Shown: positions 10,751 to 19,965 of the stretch, piece by piece
Position numbering within the stretch: the stretch's first letter is position 1
Layout of the letters: every line of letters starts with the position of its first letter
NCBI GenBank assembly: GCA_963675295.2
Contig: CAXXKJ010000002.1
Location: forward strand, 3,968,001 to 4,032,000
DNA: 64,000 nt
Direction of reading: 5' to 3'
Source: a bacterium
GTDB taxonomy: Bacteria > Electryoneota > Electryoneia > Electryoneales > Electryoneaceae
Notes under the pieces: model-generated
What the model was told of the DNA's origin: nothing
The model's input: only the letters and a program-made list of their open reading frames with translations
The model's database searches: none
Position numbers and translations under genes: made by a program

Positions 10751-10822
10751 CTCTCAGCTCGCGTGAGATGGATTGGATACTCGTCCCCCGGTTCATGCCC
10801 GGCTGACGATCACGTGTTTTAA

Positions 10823-11098
10823 TCAGGCAACGGCCTTCTTTGTCTTCTTCTCACCTTTTTCGATGAGAATCGCGAAGTCCGGGCACTGCAGTTCGCACTG
10901 CATGCATGCAATGCAGGCGTCCGCGTCCACCACGACGGCGATGGTTCCCTGCCAGCGTGTGCCGACCGGTTCCATTTTGAGCACATCCGTCGGGCAGACT
11001 TCGACACAGATCGTACACCCTTTGCACCACTCTTCGAGGATGGTGATCTTGTGCCCTTTTTCCTCGCTCACGACGACGGTTTCGGTTACGTCTTTCAT
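10823..11098 (-). CDS. korD: 2[4Fe-4S] ferredoxin, oxidoreductase delta subunit
   Basis: CKGCTICVEVCP and CIACMQCELQCPDFAI; GGAGG RBS before ATG 11098. Confidence 0.9.
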   Translation of the reverse strand: MKDVTETVVVSEEKGHKITILEEWCKGCTICVEVCPTDVLKMEPVGTRWQGTIAVVVDADACIACMQCELQCPDFAILIEKGEKKTKKAVA

Positions 11099-11791
11099 GG
11101 CGTCCTCCGCCGGAAGTTGGGCCGGCGTGTTCAAATGTGGAGAGGGGCGGAGTCTGTCCATCTGGACAAACGTCCACCCCTCGCTCTATTCAGACCGTAG
11201 ACCTGCGGGACGGTTGTCGACCGCTGGTCGTGGGTTGCTCATGTCTCAACTGTCTTTCACGGCTGTGCGTGATGGATGCCGTAGCCATGACCTTGGGTGG
11301 TTTTCCCATGTGCACGTTGGCTCGTGGAAAAAGGTACGTACGAGATAGCGTTAGGACAAAATAACACGAGTCCTGTCTCCCGGGGGCAACGGAAATAGCA
11401 TTATTTGCAGGCAGATTTGGTAAAATCTTGAATAATCACGAGTTTCACCGCTGCAAGCCGTGGTTGCATAACGGTTCAAGTCGCATTTTGATCTGAATAA
11501 CAACAAAGATATGATCATTTTTTCACAAAACGCCGGAATCTTATTGTCTATCAGCGATTGCTCTGTGCAATCTGAGGTGTGCGGGCAGACCGGGTTTGTG
11601 CCTCCATTCACCTGTTAAGTAAAATACCATAAATACAAGAACTTGCTACTATCACAAGACAACTCCAATTCACTCTTCAATTCCCTGGCTGCTGCCATAT
11701 CGGTTTTTCAGGCCTGTAAGTTGAGGTAGCTACTTGCTAAATACTCGCCACTTGAAGGCGTAAACGCCGGCATTCCGGGGGGAACTCGATC

Positions 11792-12919
11792 ATGATGTAT
11801 TACCTGCTGAAACGTTTGATCCGTCCGCGCGACGAGCGGGAACGGGCCGTCAAGAACCTGATCGCGTTGCGCAAGCAGCTGGACAAGGAGATTCCGGGCA
11901 AGGACCTCGGCGGGCATCTGCTGCTTGCGACGTGGAATATCCGTGACTTTGGCCGCACGGGGAACCGTTGGGGCTACGGTAAACGCATCCGTGAGTCGCA
12001 TTTTTACATCGCGGAGGTGTTATCGCGGTTCGATGTCGTCGCGGTGCAGGAGGTCAACGAGCTGGACGAGCTCGAGACAGTGATGGACATCCTCGGCCCG
12101 GATTTTGAGTACATCGCCACCGATCGTGACACGAATGTCGGCGCGAATGATGAGCGGATGGCGTTCATCTGGGACAAGCGCAAGGTGCGGTTCCAGCACA
12201 TCGCCGGGGAAATCGTGCTGCCGGACAGCATGCTGATCAGCAAGGTGCGTCTGGATACAGGCAGCGGGAAAAAGGTCAACGCCGGCAAGCAGTTCCGCCG
12301 GTCGCCGTTTGTCGTCACCTTCCAGAGTGGCTGGCTGAAGTTTGATCTCTGCACGGTGCACATCTACTACGGGGATGACGACGAGGACAGCGAGAAGCTG
12401 CAGGAACGTGTCGAAGAGATCGATCGTATTGCCAAGTGGCTGTCGAAACGGGCGGACAAGGACCTCAAGGACGGCAAGGCGTTGATCCTGCTCGGCGACT
12501 TCAACGTCGTTAACCCGAACCACAAGACGATGGATGCGTTGCTGGATAACGATTTCACGGTCCCCGAAGCGTTGCGCAGAAGCAGCAACCTGAAGGGTGA
12601 CATGTATTACGATCAGATCGCGTTCAAGACCGACTCGTTGACGATTGACTATATCGAAGCGGCCTCCGCGGAGGATACCGTCGCTGGAGTGTTCAACATC
12701 TTCCAGAACGTGATGAAACCGAGCCAGGCGAGCGACTACCTGGAGGAGATGAAGGAAACCACCGGCGCGGCGGGCAAAACGGACGACGAGCTGAAGGGTT
12801 CCTACTTCAAGAAGTGGCGCACCTACCAGTTCTCCGACCATAAGCCGCTGTGGGTCCGTCTGCGAACCGACAGCAGCGAGGCCTACCTGAAACGGATGCA
12901 GGAGGATCTGGCGGATTAG
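11792..12919 (+). CDS. Endonuclease/exonuclease/phosphatase (EEP) family protein
   Basis: ATWNI, VAVQEV, LLGDFN, YDQI and SDH motifs; no signal peptide. Confidence 0.88.
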   Translation: MMYYLLKRLIRPRDERERAVKNLIALRKQLDKEIPGKDLGGHLLLATWNIRDFGRTGNRWGYGKRIRESHFYIAEVLSRFDVVAVQEVNELDELETVMDILGPDFEYIATDRDTNVGANDERMAFIWDKRKVRFQHIAGEIVLPDSMLISKVRLDTGSGKKVNAGKQFRRSPFVVTFQSGWLKFDLCTVHIYYGDDDEDSEKLQERVEEIDRIAKWLSKRADKDLKDGKALILLGDFNVVNPNHKTMDALLDNDFTVPEALRRSSNLKGDMYYDQIAFKTDSLTIDYIEAASAEDTVAGVFNIFQNVMKPSQASDYLEEMKETTGAAGKTDDELKGSYFKKWRTYQFSDHKPLWVRLRTDSSEAYLKRMQEDLAD

Positions 12920-13205
12920 GGTTGGTGGTTTGCGATGAACGATACAGTTGTTTGATTAAGGGGGACATCTGTGGTACTTGAGGACTGTGGATCGGTCTGT
13001 CAATGCTGGGTCGTTCGCTGAGGTCGGGTTAGTGTGACGACTGGTTCAGTGCCATAGTTGTCCCCTCCTCGTGACGGGGCGAGCTGTCGGGGACAAGTGA
13101 ACGGTTTGACCCTGAAATCACGTGGCCAGACCAACCATCGCTTCACCTGCAACTCCCCGAACCCACCCTCGCAATCCGTTCACATGTCCCCCATTCAACG
13201 GATGA

Positions 13206-13227
13206 CCCCAGACATGAATGTCCGGGG
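13206..13227 (-). repeat. Palindromic repeat family B (CCCMMGAC-ATTCAT-GTCKKGG), copy 1
   Basis: Reverse complement reads CCCCGGACATTCATGTCTGGGG; related copies at 16043, 19652 and 22477. Confidence 0.7.
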
Positions 13228-13266
13228 CATGGACCCGCGTGGACCGAGCCATCACGGGCAAGACAC

Positions 13267-14058
13267 CTAATCTTTGTTCTCAGGATTTCTTACACATGGC
13301 TTGTTGTTCAAATTATCAGCAGATCTATAGATTATTTCTGGATTTGTAGATCTATTAATTTGTAAAATAGCCACAGGAAATTTTGAGGGCTTATCATCTA
13401 TTCCTCCCTCAATGTACCTAGTCTCAAGTACGCCAAAGACCAATAAACCAGCATCTTTCAGTCTATCAAGCATCTCTTTCAAATTATATATTATATTCAT
13501 TTGATATGAAGCATTCATTTCAGACCACATATCCCCATATTCCTGAACAATAGATATAAAATCTCCAATTAATTCTGATTCATTTTTTGTTTTTGGTTCA
13601 TCAGAATCATATAGTAGAGCATAGGAATTTGATATTATATTAATAACATCTTTTCCGGTTTCTAGTTTATCTAAATACTCAGCAATATCTTCTTTCTTGC
13701 GTAAAATTCTTACTGGTTTATGTTCCTTCTTATTCAACGATTCAAAAACCCAGTTCTCATGTACTTCTTTTATCTTTCTTAACTTATCAACGGTATATTC
13801 TTTTGTTTGATCATCAATCATTTTATGATGTACTCGACACAGCAATATTATATTGTCAATATTGTCAATATCTGGAATGGGACAATTATTATCGTATCGC
13901 GGTCCCTTAGGGCTACTCGACACTATGTGGCACTCTTCTCCCACTACAGATTCCGGATCCTTGTCCGTGGGATCTATAACCAACACATTTCTACAAATAG
14001 CACAACGATTTCCTGACATTCCCCACAAGATTTTCCTCGTTCTGTCAGAAATGGCCAA
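13267..14058 (-). CDS. HNH endonuclease domain protein, AT-rich
   Basis: LWGMSGNRCAIC...ECHIV...GPR...NIILLCRVHHKMID; codon usage strongly AT-rich versus neighbours. Confidence 0.85.
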   Translation of the reverse strand: MAISDRTRKILWGMSGNRCAICRNVLVIDPTDKDPESVVGEECHIVSSSPKGPRYDNNCPIPDIDNIDNIILLCRVHHKMIDDQTKEYTVDKLRKIKEVHENWVFESLNKKEHKPVRILRKKEDIAEYLDKLETGKDVINIISNSYALLYDSDEPKTKNESELIGDFISIVQEYGDMWSEMNASYQMNIIYNLKEMLDRLKDAGLLVFGVLETRYIEGGIDDKPSKFPVAILQINRSTNPEIIYRSADNLNNKPCVRNPENKD

Positions 14059-14088
14059 TGCTCTTCCCCCCGTTGATGCTTTGCAGTT

Positions 14089-15129
14089 TTAATGAGTACC
14101 CCAGCGGACGCCGACACTGACGCGGTGTGTCGCGCCGAGGTCTTCGTTGCCGATGAAGGTGTAGTCGAGCGCGACGCCGCCGATCAGCAGTCCGGCGCCG
14201 TAGGTGAGGCCGTCGCTGAATGCCTGGTCCGGGTCGGCACGGCGGCTGCCGTCATAGCCGATACGTGCGGCGACGATGTCACGAACGCGGTACTCAAGGC
14301 CGGCGTGCACAGCGAACGCGTCCGGATCGTCAATCGACTCCCCGCGCGCCTGGAATTCGACCACGGGCATGATCGTGGAGTACATCCGGGTCCAGTGGAA
14401 TTCGTAGGCCGCGCCGGCACGCAGGGTCGGGTAGATCACTTCCTGCCGGCCGGTGTCCCAGGTGAGCACGGTGACGATGGCGTCACGCAGCTGCGCGCCA
14501 ACATGCAGATCGCCGAAACTGCGGGAGTAGCCGAGGTCGATGCCGAGGCCGTAGCCGTTGGTGTCGTCGAGGTGCTTGTAGAGCAGTTTCGCTGACCCGC
14601 CGATGTTGCCCCAGGATCGTTGCCCGGCGTACGACAGCAGGAACGCGTACTCGGACGCGCTGGTCGAGCCGGTGCGGATGACCCGGTTGTCGATTCCGAT
14701 GTCCTGGCTCGGGTCGCGCAGGCGGGTGACCGGGATATCGTCGACTCCCTGCCGCACGAGGCCAAATCCGAGGTAGCGGTCGTTTTCGAGCCGCCGGACG
14801 TAGTCGACATGGTCGACCTTCACCGCCGATTCAAAGCGGTCGGCGTGCATCAGGGAAATCGCGTGGCCGTACGGGTTGGCCAACCGTGACGGGTTCGCGA
14901 GCACGGCGGACGGTCCCTCGGCAATCGAGACGCCGACACCGCCGAGTGCGAGCAGCCGGGCGGTGGATTGGCCGGTGAGGTAGTCGCCGGCGTACTTGGA
15001 CGAGAAGTCGAATTCCGCTCGTGCCGGGGTTGCGATCACGAACAGCAGGCAGAGTGTCATCAGCCCGGCGAGGGCCAGGTTTTGCTTGAGGTTGGCAGGC
15101 AGCGAGTTCATCATGAGAGCAGACCTCAT
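14089..15129 (-). CDS. PorV/PorQ-family outer-membrane beta-barrel protein
   Basis: Signal peptide, ARLLALGG...NPS N-terminal motif, alternating beta strands, DYTF...LGATHRVS C-terminus; start uncertain. Confidence 0.75.
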   Translation of the reverse strand: MRSALMMNSLPANLKQNLALAGLMTLCLLFVIATPARAEFDFSSKYAGDYLTGQSTARLLALGGVGVSIAEGPSAVLANPSRLANPYGHAISLMHADRFESAVKVDHVDYVRRLENDRYLGFGLVRQGVDDIPVTRLRDPSQDIGIDNRVIRTGSTSASEYAFLLSYAGQRSWGNIGGSAKLLYKHLDDTNGYGLGIDLGYSRSFGDLHVGAQLRDAIVTVLTWDTGRQEVIYPTLRAGAAYEFHWTRMYSTIMPVVEFQARGESIDDPDAFAVHAGLEYRVRDIVAARIGYDGSRRADPDQAFSDGLTYGAGLLIGGVALDYTFIGNEDLGATHRVSVGVRWGTH

Positions 15130-15507
15130 TTTCGTACCGGTTACCGGGTCGTGCAACCGGGGAAACAGAAACGCCCGAACCGGGGGCTCGGTTCCGAAGA
15201 CCGGCTGTGCACGTGCAACAGGAGGACGGAGCGAAGTTCGCTCCGCGGACCCTGATTCCTCACATCACCGTGCACAACGCTCGTATTCGGCAACCTCCTG
15301 TTCGGACGATCACTGATAAACTAACCGCTTGCGCGGCGATGAGCAAGCGGAGGACGGGTTTCAAGCGAATGCTGCGGCTCTCGGGATACAGTTCCGGTTT
15401 TCTCCCGGGGGAGGAACGGCCCCGGAGTCCGGATACACCTGTCAGCCGATTGCGCGCTAGCTTACGGTTGATACACTTCTTTGTTCACCAGCCGCAAGGA
15501 ATGTCCG

Positions 15508-16032
15508 ATGCATCCAGTATCCCCGACCCATCTGCGTGATGCCTGCCTCACCCTGATGCGTGAAGCCTACCCTGGCGGCGACCCGAACCACTGCTGGTTT
15601 ACCTGGGGCGGCCCGGAGTCCGGCGTTCTCGGGACGATTGCCGAGCTGAATGCGGAGGAGGCGTCCACTCCTACTCGTGACGGCGGCCCGACAGTCGCCG
15701 CGATTGCAGGTCATATCCGTTTCCTGCTGCAGTATGGCAACACCATGTTCCGTGGCGAAAAACCGTCGATGAGCTGGGACGACTCATGGCCGGTGCGTGG
15801 GGTGAACGAGGACCAGTGGCTGGCGTTGCAGAAGGACATCGAGACAGAGTATGCGACCGCGATTCAGTTGATCGAGAATTTTGAGCACTGGGACAACGAG
15901 ATGGTGATCACCGGCGCGTTCGGCCAGATCGCGCATGTGGCGTATCATTTGGGCGCGATGCGTCAGATGATGCTCGAGATTCTGCAGGCGGAAGACGAGA
16001 TAGAGGACGAAGATTTCGAAGACGAAGGTTGA
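15508..16032 (+). CDS. DinB-like family protein with acidic tail
   Basis: TVAAIAGH and IAHVAYHLGAMRQ His motifs; C-terminal EDEIEDEDFEDEG. Confidence 0.75.
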   Translation: MHPVSPTHLRDACLTLMREAYPGGDPNHCWFTWGGPESGVLGTIAELNAEEASTPTRDGGPTVAAIAGHIRFLLQYGNTMFRGEKPSMSWDDSWPVRGVNEDQWLALQKDIETEYATAIQLIENFEHWDNEMVITGAFGQIAHVAYHLGAMRQMMLEILQAEDEIEDEDFEDEG

Positions 16033-16042
16033 TTGATCACAT

Positions 16043-16064
16043 GCCCACGACATTCATGTCGTGG
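16043..16064 (+). repeat. Palindromic repeat family B, copy 2 (contains the antiporter stop codon)
   Basis: GCCCACGACATTCATGTCGTGG. Confidence 0.65.
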
Positions 16065-17115
16065 ACGATCCGCGCCCTCGCACGGCATGAACCGCCAGGC
16101 TGATTGCGGTGAACACGGCAGACGCCCCGAGAAACGCCCACGCCGGCCAAGCGACACCCTCGGTGCCGAGCAGCAGCCACAGCAGATACCCCAGCGCCAA
16201 CACCAGCAGCAGCACCCCTTCGAGACGGGTGATCGTCATGCCGCTCACCGCCAACGGCAACACCAGCACCGCCGCACCGAGCACCATGGCCATGTCCGGT
16301 CCGACCATTGTCTCCGGCAATACGAGTTGACCACCCGCGACTCCGCTGAGTCCGAGAATCGCCAGCAGGTTGAACAGGTTCGAGCCGATCACGTTTCCGA
16401 CAGCGAGATCCGGCTGTCTGCGGATTGATGCCATCACGCTGGCGGCGACCTCCGGCAGTGAGGTGCCGATGGAGACAACAGTCACCGCGATCACCCGTTC
16501 ACTCACCCCTGCCCACATCGCAACTTCCACCGCGCCGTTGGTGAAGTAGCGTGAGCCGAAGGTCAGCGCGGTGATGCCGACCAGCAGGGATCCCGCCGCG
16601 TAGACAACCGCCCCGGCGCTGACCGGCTCGGGGGATTTTTCCTGCAACAGATCGTCCACGGTTCTGGTTTTACGCGCATTGAGGTACAGCGATCCGGTAT
16701 ACGCGACCAGGCCGATCAGCAGGATGAAGCCGTCGGTGGTGTTGAGGGAGCCGTCGCTGAGTAGGAACCACGCGCCGACGGTGACCGCGAGCAGGACCGG
16801 GATGTCACGCCGGACGAACCGTTCATTGACCGTCAACGGCAGAATCAACGCGCCCAGCCCAAGGATCAGCAGGATGTTGAGGATGTTGCTGCCGATGACA
16901 TTGCCCACCGCGACTGCGGGGAAATCGTTCGCGGCGGCGTTGACACTAACCGCGATTTCCGGCGCGCTGGTGCCCCACGCGACGACGGTCAGGCCGACCA
17001 GGATCGCGGGCGCGCGCAGGAGTTCGGCGGTCTTGATCGCGCCACGCACGACCAGTTCCGCGCCCGCGAGCAGCAGGATCAGTCCAAGCAGGGTGAGCAG
17101 GATGGCTTCGGCCAT
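16054..17115 (-). CDS. Calcium/sodium antiporter (YrbG family)
   Basis: Two alpha repeats GTSAPE / GTSLPE and GNVIGSN twice. Confidence 0.92.
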   Translation of the reverse strand: MAEAILLTLLGLILLLAGAELVVRGAIKTAELLRAPAILVGLTVVAWGTSAPEIAVSVNAAANDFPAVAVGNVIGSNILNILLILGLGALILPLTVNERFVRRDIPVLLAVTVGAWFLLSDGSLNTTDGFILLIGLVAYTGSLYLNARKTRTVDDLLQEKSPEPVSAGAVVYAAGSLLVGITALTFGSRYFTNGAVEVAMWAGVSERVIAVTVVSIGTSLPEVAASVMASIRRQPDLAVGNVIGSNLFNLLAILGLSGVAGGQLVLPETMVGPDMAMVLGAAVLVLPLAVSGMTITRLEGVLLLVLALGYLLWLLLGTEGVAWPAWAFLGASAVFTAISLAVHAVRGRGSSTT

Positions 17116-17191
17116 GGGTTGTCTTTCCGTTGGTTGCGGGGAAGATACAACGGACGGCGGACGGTGGGCCACGGTCGGCGGCTGTCGTAGA

Positions 17192-17410
17192 CGTGCCCCT
17201 GATGGCTCCGTCAGCAGGGATGGTCAGAGGTCGAGGTGGCCGGCTGTGGATCATCCGCGTCCTCAAGCGGACACGGGCACATTCTGCTTGGCATTGCTCC
17301 CAATTCAACGGCTGATGAGCCCCTGATGGTATTTCAAACCGGGGACACTTTGGGGACAAAGTGTCCCCGGTTGTGTGGGACGAGATGTGTTGTCCGAGAG
17401 ACGAGGGACC
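17192..17410 (+). repeat. Composite palindromic element (REP/BIME-like), copy 1
   Basis: Modules GTGCCCCTGATGGCTCCG, ATCCGCGTCCTCAAGCGGACACGGGCAC and GGGGACACTTTGGGGACAAAGTGTCCCC (17341-17368); same order at 19690-19950 and 43096-43397. Confidence 0.85.
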
Positions 17411-17728
17411 AGAGCCGAGAGACTGTAAAAGCCCTTTGACCTGTGCAAAGAACCGGATCGCGGTGCGGGGCTACTCTGTGTACGGAAGCAGCGTGGGACG
17501 TTGCTTGTGAACCCTGGCACGAAGAGCGCCGCGATGATCATCTACCGCACCCCTGAAGACGACACGACTGAACTGACCGCCACGATGCCGCGGAACGGTA
17601 TCAACGGATCCAGGCCAAGCCAAACACCTGAAGCCTCTCGTGTTGATACGGCGGAAACCATGACTCCGTGTCGCGATAAGGCGGATCAGGATCGCTCTCC
17701 CACCCGGGTGAAACGGCTCAGCAAGCCG

Positions 17729-18784
17729 ATGTCATCCGATCCGCGCAAATTCAAGTGGAACCGGAAACACTTCGCGTTGCAGCAGGGGAAGATCCGCACC
17801 AGCGGCTGGCGGTTCCTGTCGCAGGGATTCTTCACCGTGCTGTGCATCGTGCTCGGCTGGCAGTTTATCCAGTTCGTTGATGCGGCTTATTCGACCACTG
17901 CTGGGCCATTGCCGACCCGTCCCCCGGGAGTCGAGGGCTTCCTCCCGATCAGCGGCCTGATGGGCGCGTTGGACTGGATCTACCAGGGTAGCTTGAACAC
18001 GATCCACCCGGCCGCGACGATCCTGTTTCTGCTGTTTGTCGCGTTGGCGGTGGTGTTCCGGAAATCGTTCTGCGGCTGGATTTGCCCGGTCGGGTTGGTC
18101 TCGGAAACACTGGCGCGTGCCGGCCGTTGGATTTTCGGCCGGAATGTGAAGCCGTGGCCGTGGCTGGATTTCATCCTGCGCGGGCTGAAGTATCTCATCC
18201 TCGGCTTCTTTGTCTGGGCGATCATCGGAATGGGCGCGGAGGGGTTGAACGCGTTCATCAACAGCCCGTACAACAAGGTTTCCGACATCAAGATGCTGGA
18301 GTTTTTCCGTGACCTCTCGCGGGTCGGCGGGATTGTGATCCTGGTGCTGGCGGCGGGGTCGGTGGTGATCAACGGGTTCTGGTGCCGGTACATGTGCCCG
18401 TACGGCGCGTTGATGGGGCTGGTTGGCTGGTTGAGTCCGGTGAAGGTGCGGCGTGACGATAGCAAGTGCATCGACTGCAAGCTGTGCGACAAGGCATGCC
18501 CAGCGAAACTGATCGTTAGCACTCGGGACACCATCACCAAGGTCGAGTGCATCGGCTGCCACGACTGTGTCTCCAGCTGTCCCGCGCCGGGTGCGTTGAA
18601 GTTTGGCACAAAGAAGCGCACGGTCAAGCCACGTACGATCGCCATCGCGATCGTGATCGCGTTGGTCGCGGCGACATCCGCTGCGCGTGTCGCTGGAGTC
18701 TGGCAGAACATCATCAGCGACGACGAAATCCGGTTCCACGTCGCACGAATGGAGTCAGAGGAGTACGGCCACCCGGGCCGCTAG
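17729..18784 (+). CDS. Membrane polyferredoxin (NapH/YccM-like 4Fe-4S binding protein)
   Basis: FCGWICPVG, WCRYMCPYG, CIDCKLCDKACP and CIGCHDCVSSCP; several TM helices; start uncertain. Confidence 0.85.
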   Translation: MSSDPRKFKWNRKHFALQQGKIRTSGWRFLSQGFFTVLCIVLGWQFIQFVDAAYSTTAGPLPTRPPGVEGFLPISGLMGALDWIYQGSLNTIHPAATILFLLFVALAVVFRKSFCGWICPVGLVSETLARAGRWIFGRNVKPWPWLDFILRGLKYLILGFFVWAIIGMGAEGLNAFINSPYNKVSDIKMLEFFRDLSRVGGIVILVLAAGSVVINGFWCRYMCPYGALMGLVGWLSPVKVRRDDSKCIDCKLCDKACPAKLIVSTRDTITKVECIGCHDCVSSCPAPGALKFGTKKRTVKPRTIAIAIVIALVAATSAARVAGVWQNIISDDEIRFHVARMESEEYGHPGR

Positions 18785-18821
18785 AGTACCCACTGGAACT
18801 CGTAACGTAGAGGATCGTACT

Positions 18822-19628
18822 ATGGGCGTCCGAACCATCGTCGATATCGATGAGGCGTTGTGCAATGGCTGCGGCGATTGCATCCCGAATTGTGTCGAAG
18901 GCGCGTTGAAAATTGTTGACGGCAAGGCAAAGCTGGTCAGCGACGTGTTGTGCGATGGATTCGGTGCCTGTCTCGGCCACTGTCCCCAAGACGCGATCCG
19001 GATGGTGGATCGTGAGGCAGATGAGTATGATGAAGATGCCGTCGAAGCGTATCATCGCTCGGGCTCATTGGCGCATGGACAGCCGGCTATACGGCGTAAA
19101 ACACAAGGTTCCCCCCATGTGTTTGCTCCGGCGCCAATGTGCCCGGGCTCGATGGCGCGCAATCTGAAGTCGCCATCTCCCCCACCCACAATCCAGGATT
19201 CCGAACCTCAGATTGTTCGTCAGAGTAGCCAGCTCAGTAGTTGGCCGGTGCAGCTGCATCTGCTCAACCCGATGGCGCCGTTCCTGCCGGGCAGCGACCT
19301 TTTGTTGTGTGCGGACTGCGTCCCGTTCGCGTTGCCCAACTTCCACCAGGAGTATCTCAAGGACCGTGTCGTGGCGATCGGCTGCCCGAAGCTGGACAAC
19401 GTCGCACCGTACCTCGACAAGCTGACCGCGATGCTGCGGCGTGAGGTGCGGTCGCTGGCAGTGCTGCACATGGAGGTGCCGTGTTGCGGCGGGATTGTCA
19501 ACCTGGCGGTGCAGGCGTGGAAACGGGCGGCGGTGAACATCCCGTTACGTGCGATCCAAGTGTCGATCCGGGGTGAGATTCTGGCGGATGAGTCGTACGG
19601 GCCGGTGACGGAAAACGGTGCGGCGTAG
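18822..19628 (+). CDS. 4Fe-4S dicluster domain protein
   Basis: CNGCGDCIPNC, CDGFGACLGHCP, WPVQL, GCPKLD and MEVPCC motifs. Confidence 0.85.
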   Translation: MGVRTIVDIDEALCNGCGDCIPNCVEGALKIVDGKAKLVSDVLCDGFGACLGHCPQDAIRMVDREADEYDEDAVEAYHRSGSLAHGQPAIRRKTQGSPHVFAPAPMCPGSMARNLKSPSPPPTIQDSEPQIVRQSSQLSSWPVQLHLLNPMAPFLPGSDLLLCADCVPFALPNFHQEYLKDRVVAIGCPKLDNVAPYLDKLTAMLRREVRSLAVLHMEVPCCGGIVNLAVQAWKRAAVNIPLRAIQVSIRGEILADESYGPVTENGAA

Positions 19629-19651
19629 GAGGTACCCTCTGATGACCTCCT

Positions 19652-19950
19652 GCCCCAGACATTCATGTCTGGGCTGATCCGCACTCGATGTGCCCCTGAT
19701 GGCTCCGCCGGCAGGGATTGTCCGGCCTCAGACAATCCGCGTCCGCAAGCGGACACGGGCACGACTTGGCGGACATGTCCTGTTGGACATCGTTCCCAAC
19801 GACAGCCGCTGATGTGCCCCAGATAGACATGCATATCGGGGACACTTTGGGGACAAAGTGTCCCCGATTCATGACCAATTCATGACCAATTCATGACCAA
19901 TTCATGACCGATCCATGAGATTGTCCGAATCCCGAGGGACGAGGGACTAA
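19652..19950 (+). repeat. Family B hairpin plus composite palindromic element, copy 2
   Basis: GCCCCAGACATTCATGTCTGGG at 19652; modules at 19690 and 19735; hairpin 19838-19865 identical to 17341-17368. Confidence 0.85.
19867..19910 (+). repeat. 11-bp tandem repeat (ATTCATGACCA) x4
   Basis: Read directly; a degenerate fifth copy follows. Confidence 0.9.
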
Positions 19951-19965
19951 TAACGAGAGACGGAC

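Noticed and set aside
8087-15371. Shared intergenic 12-mer TTCAAGCGAATG at 8087 and 15360
   Set aside because: May be a common -35 context, but a single 12-bp match is within chance expectation for this much sequence
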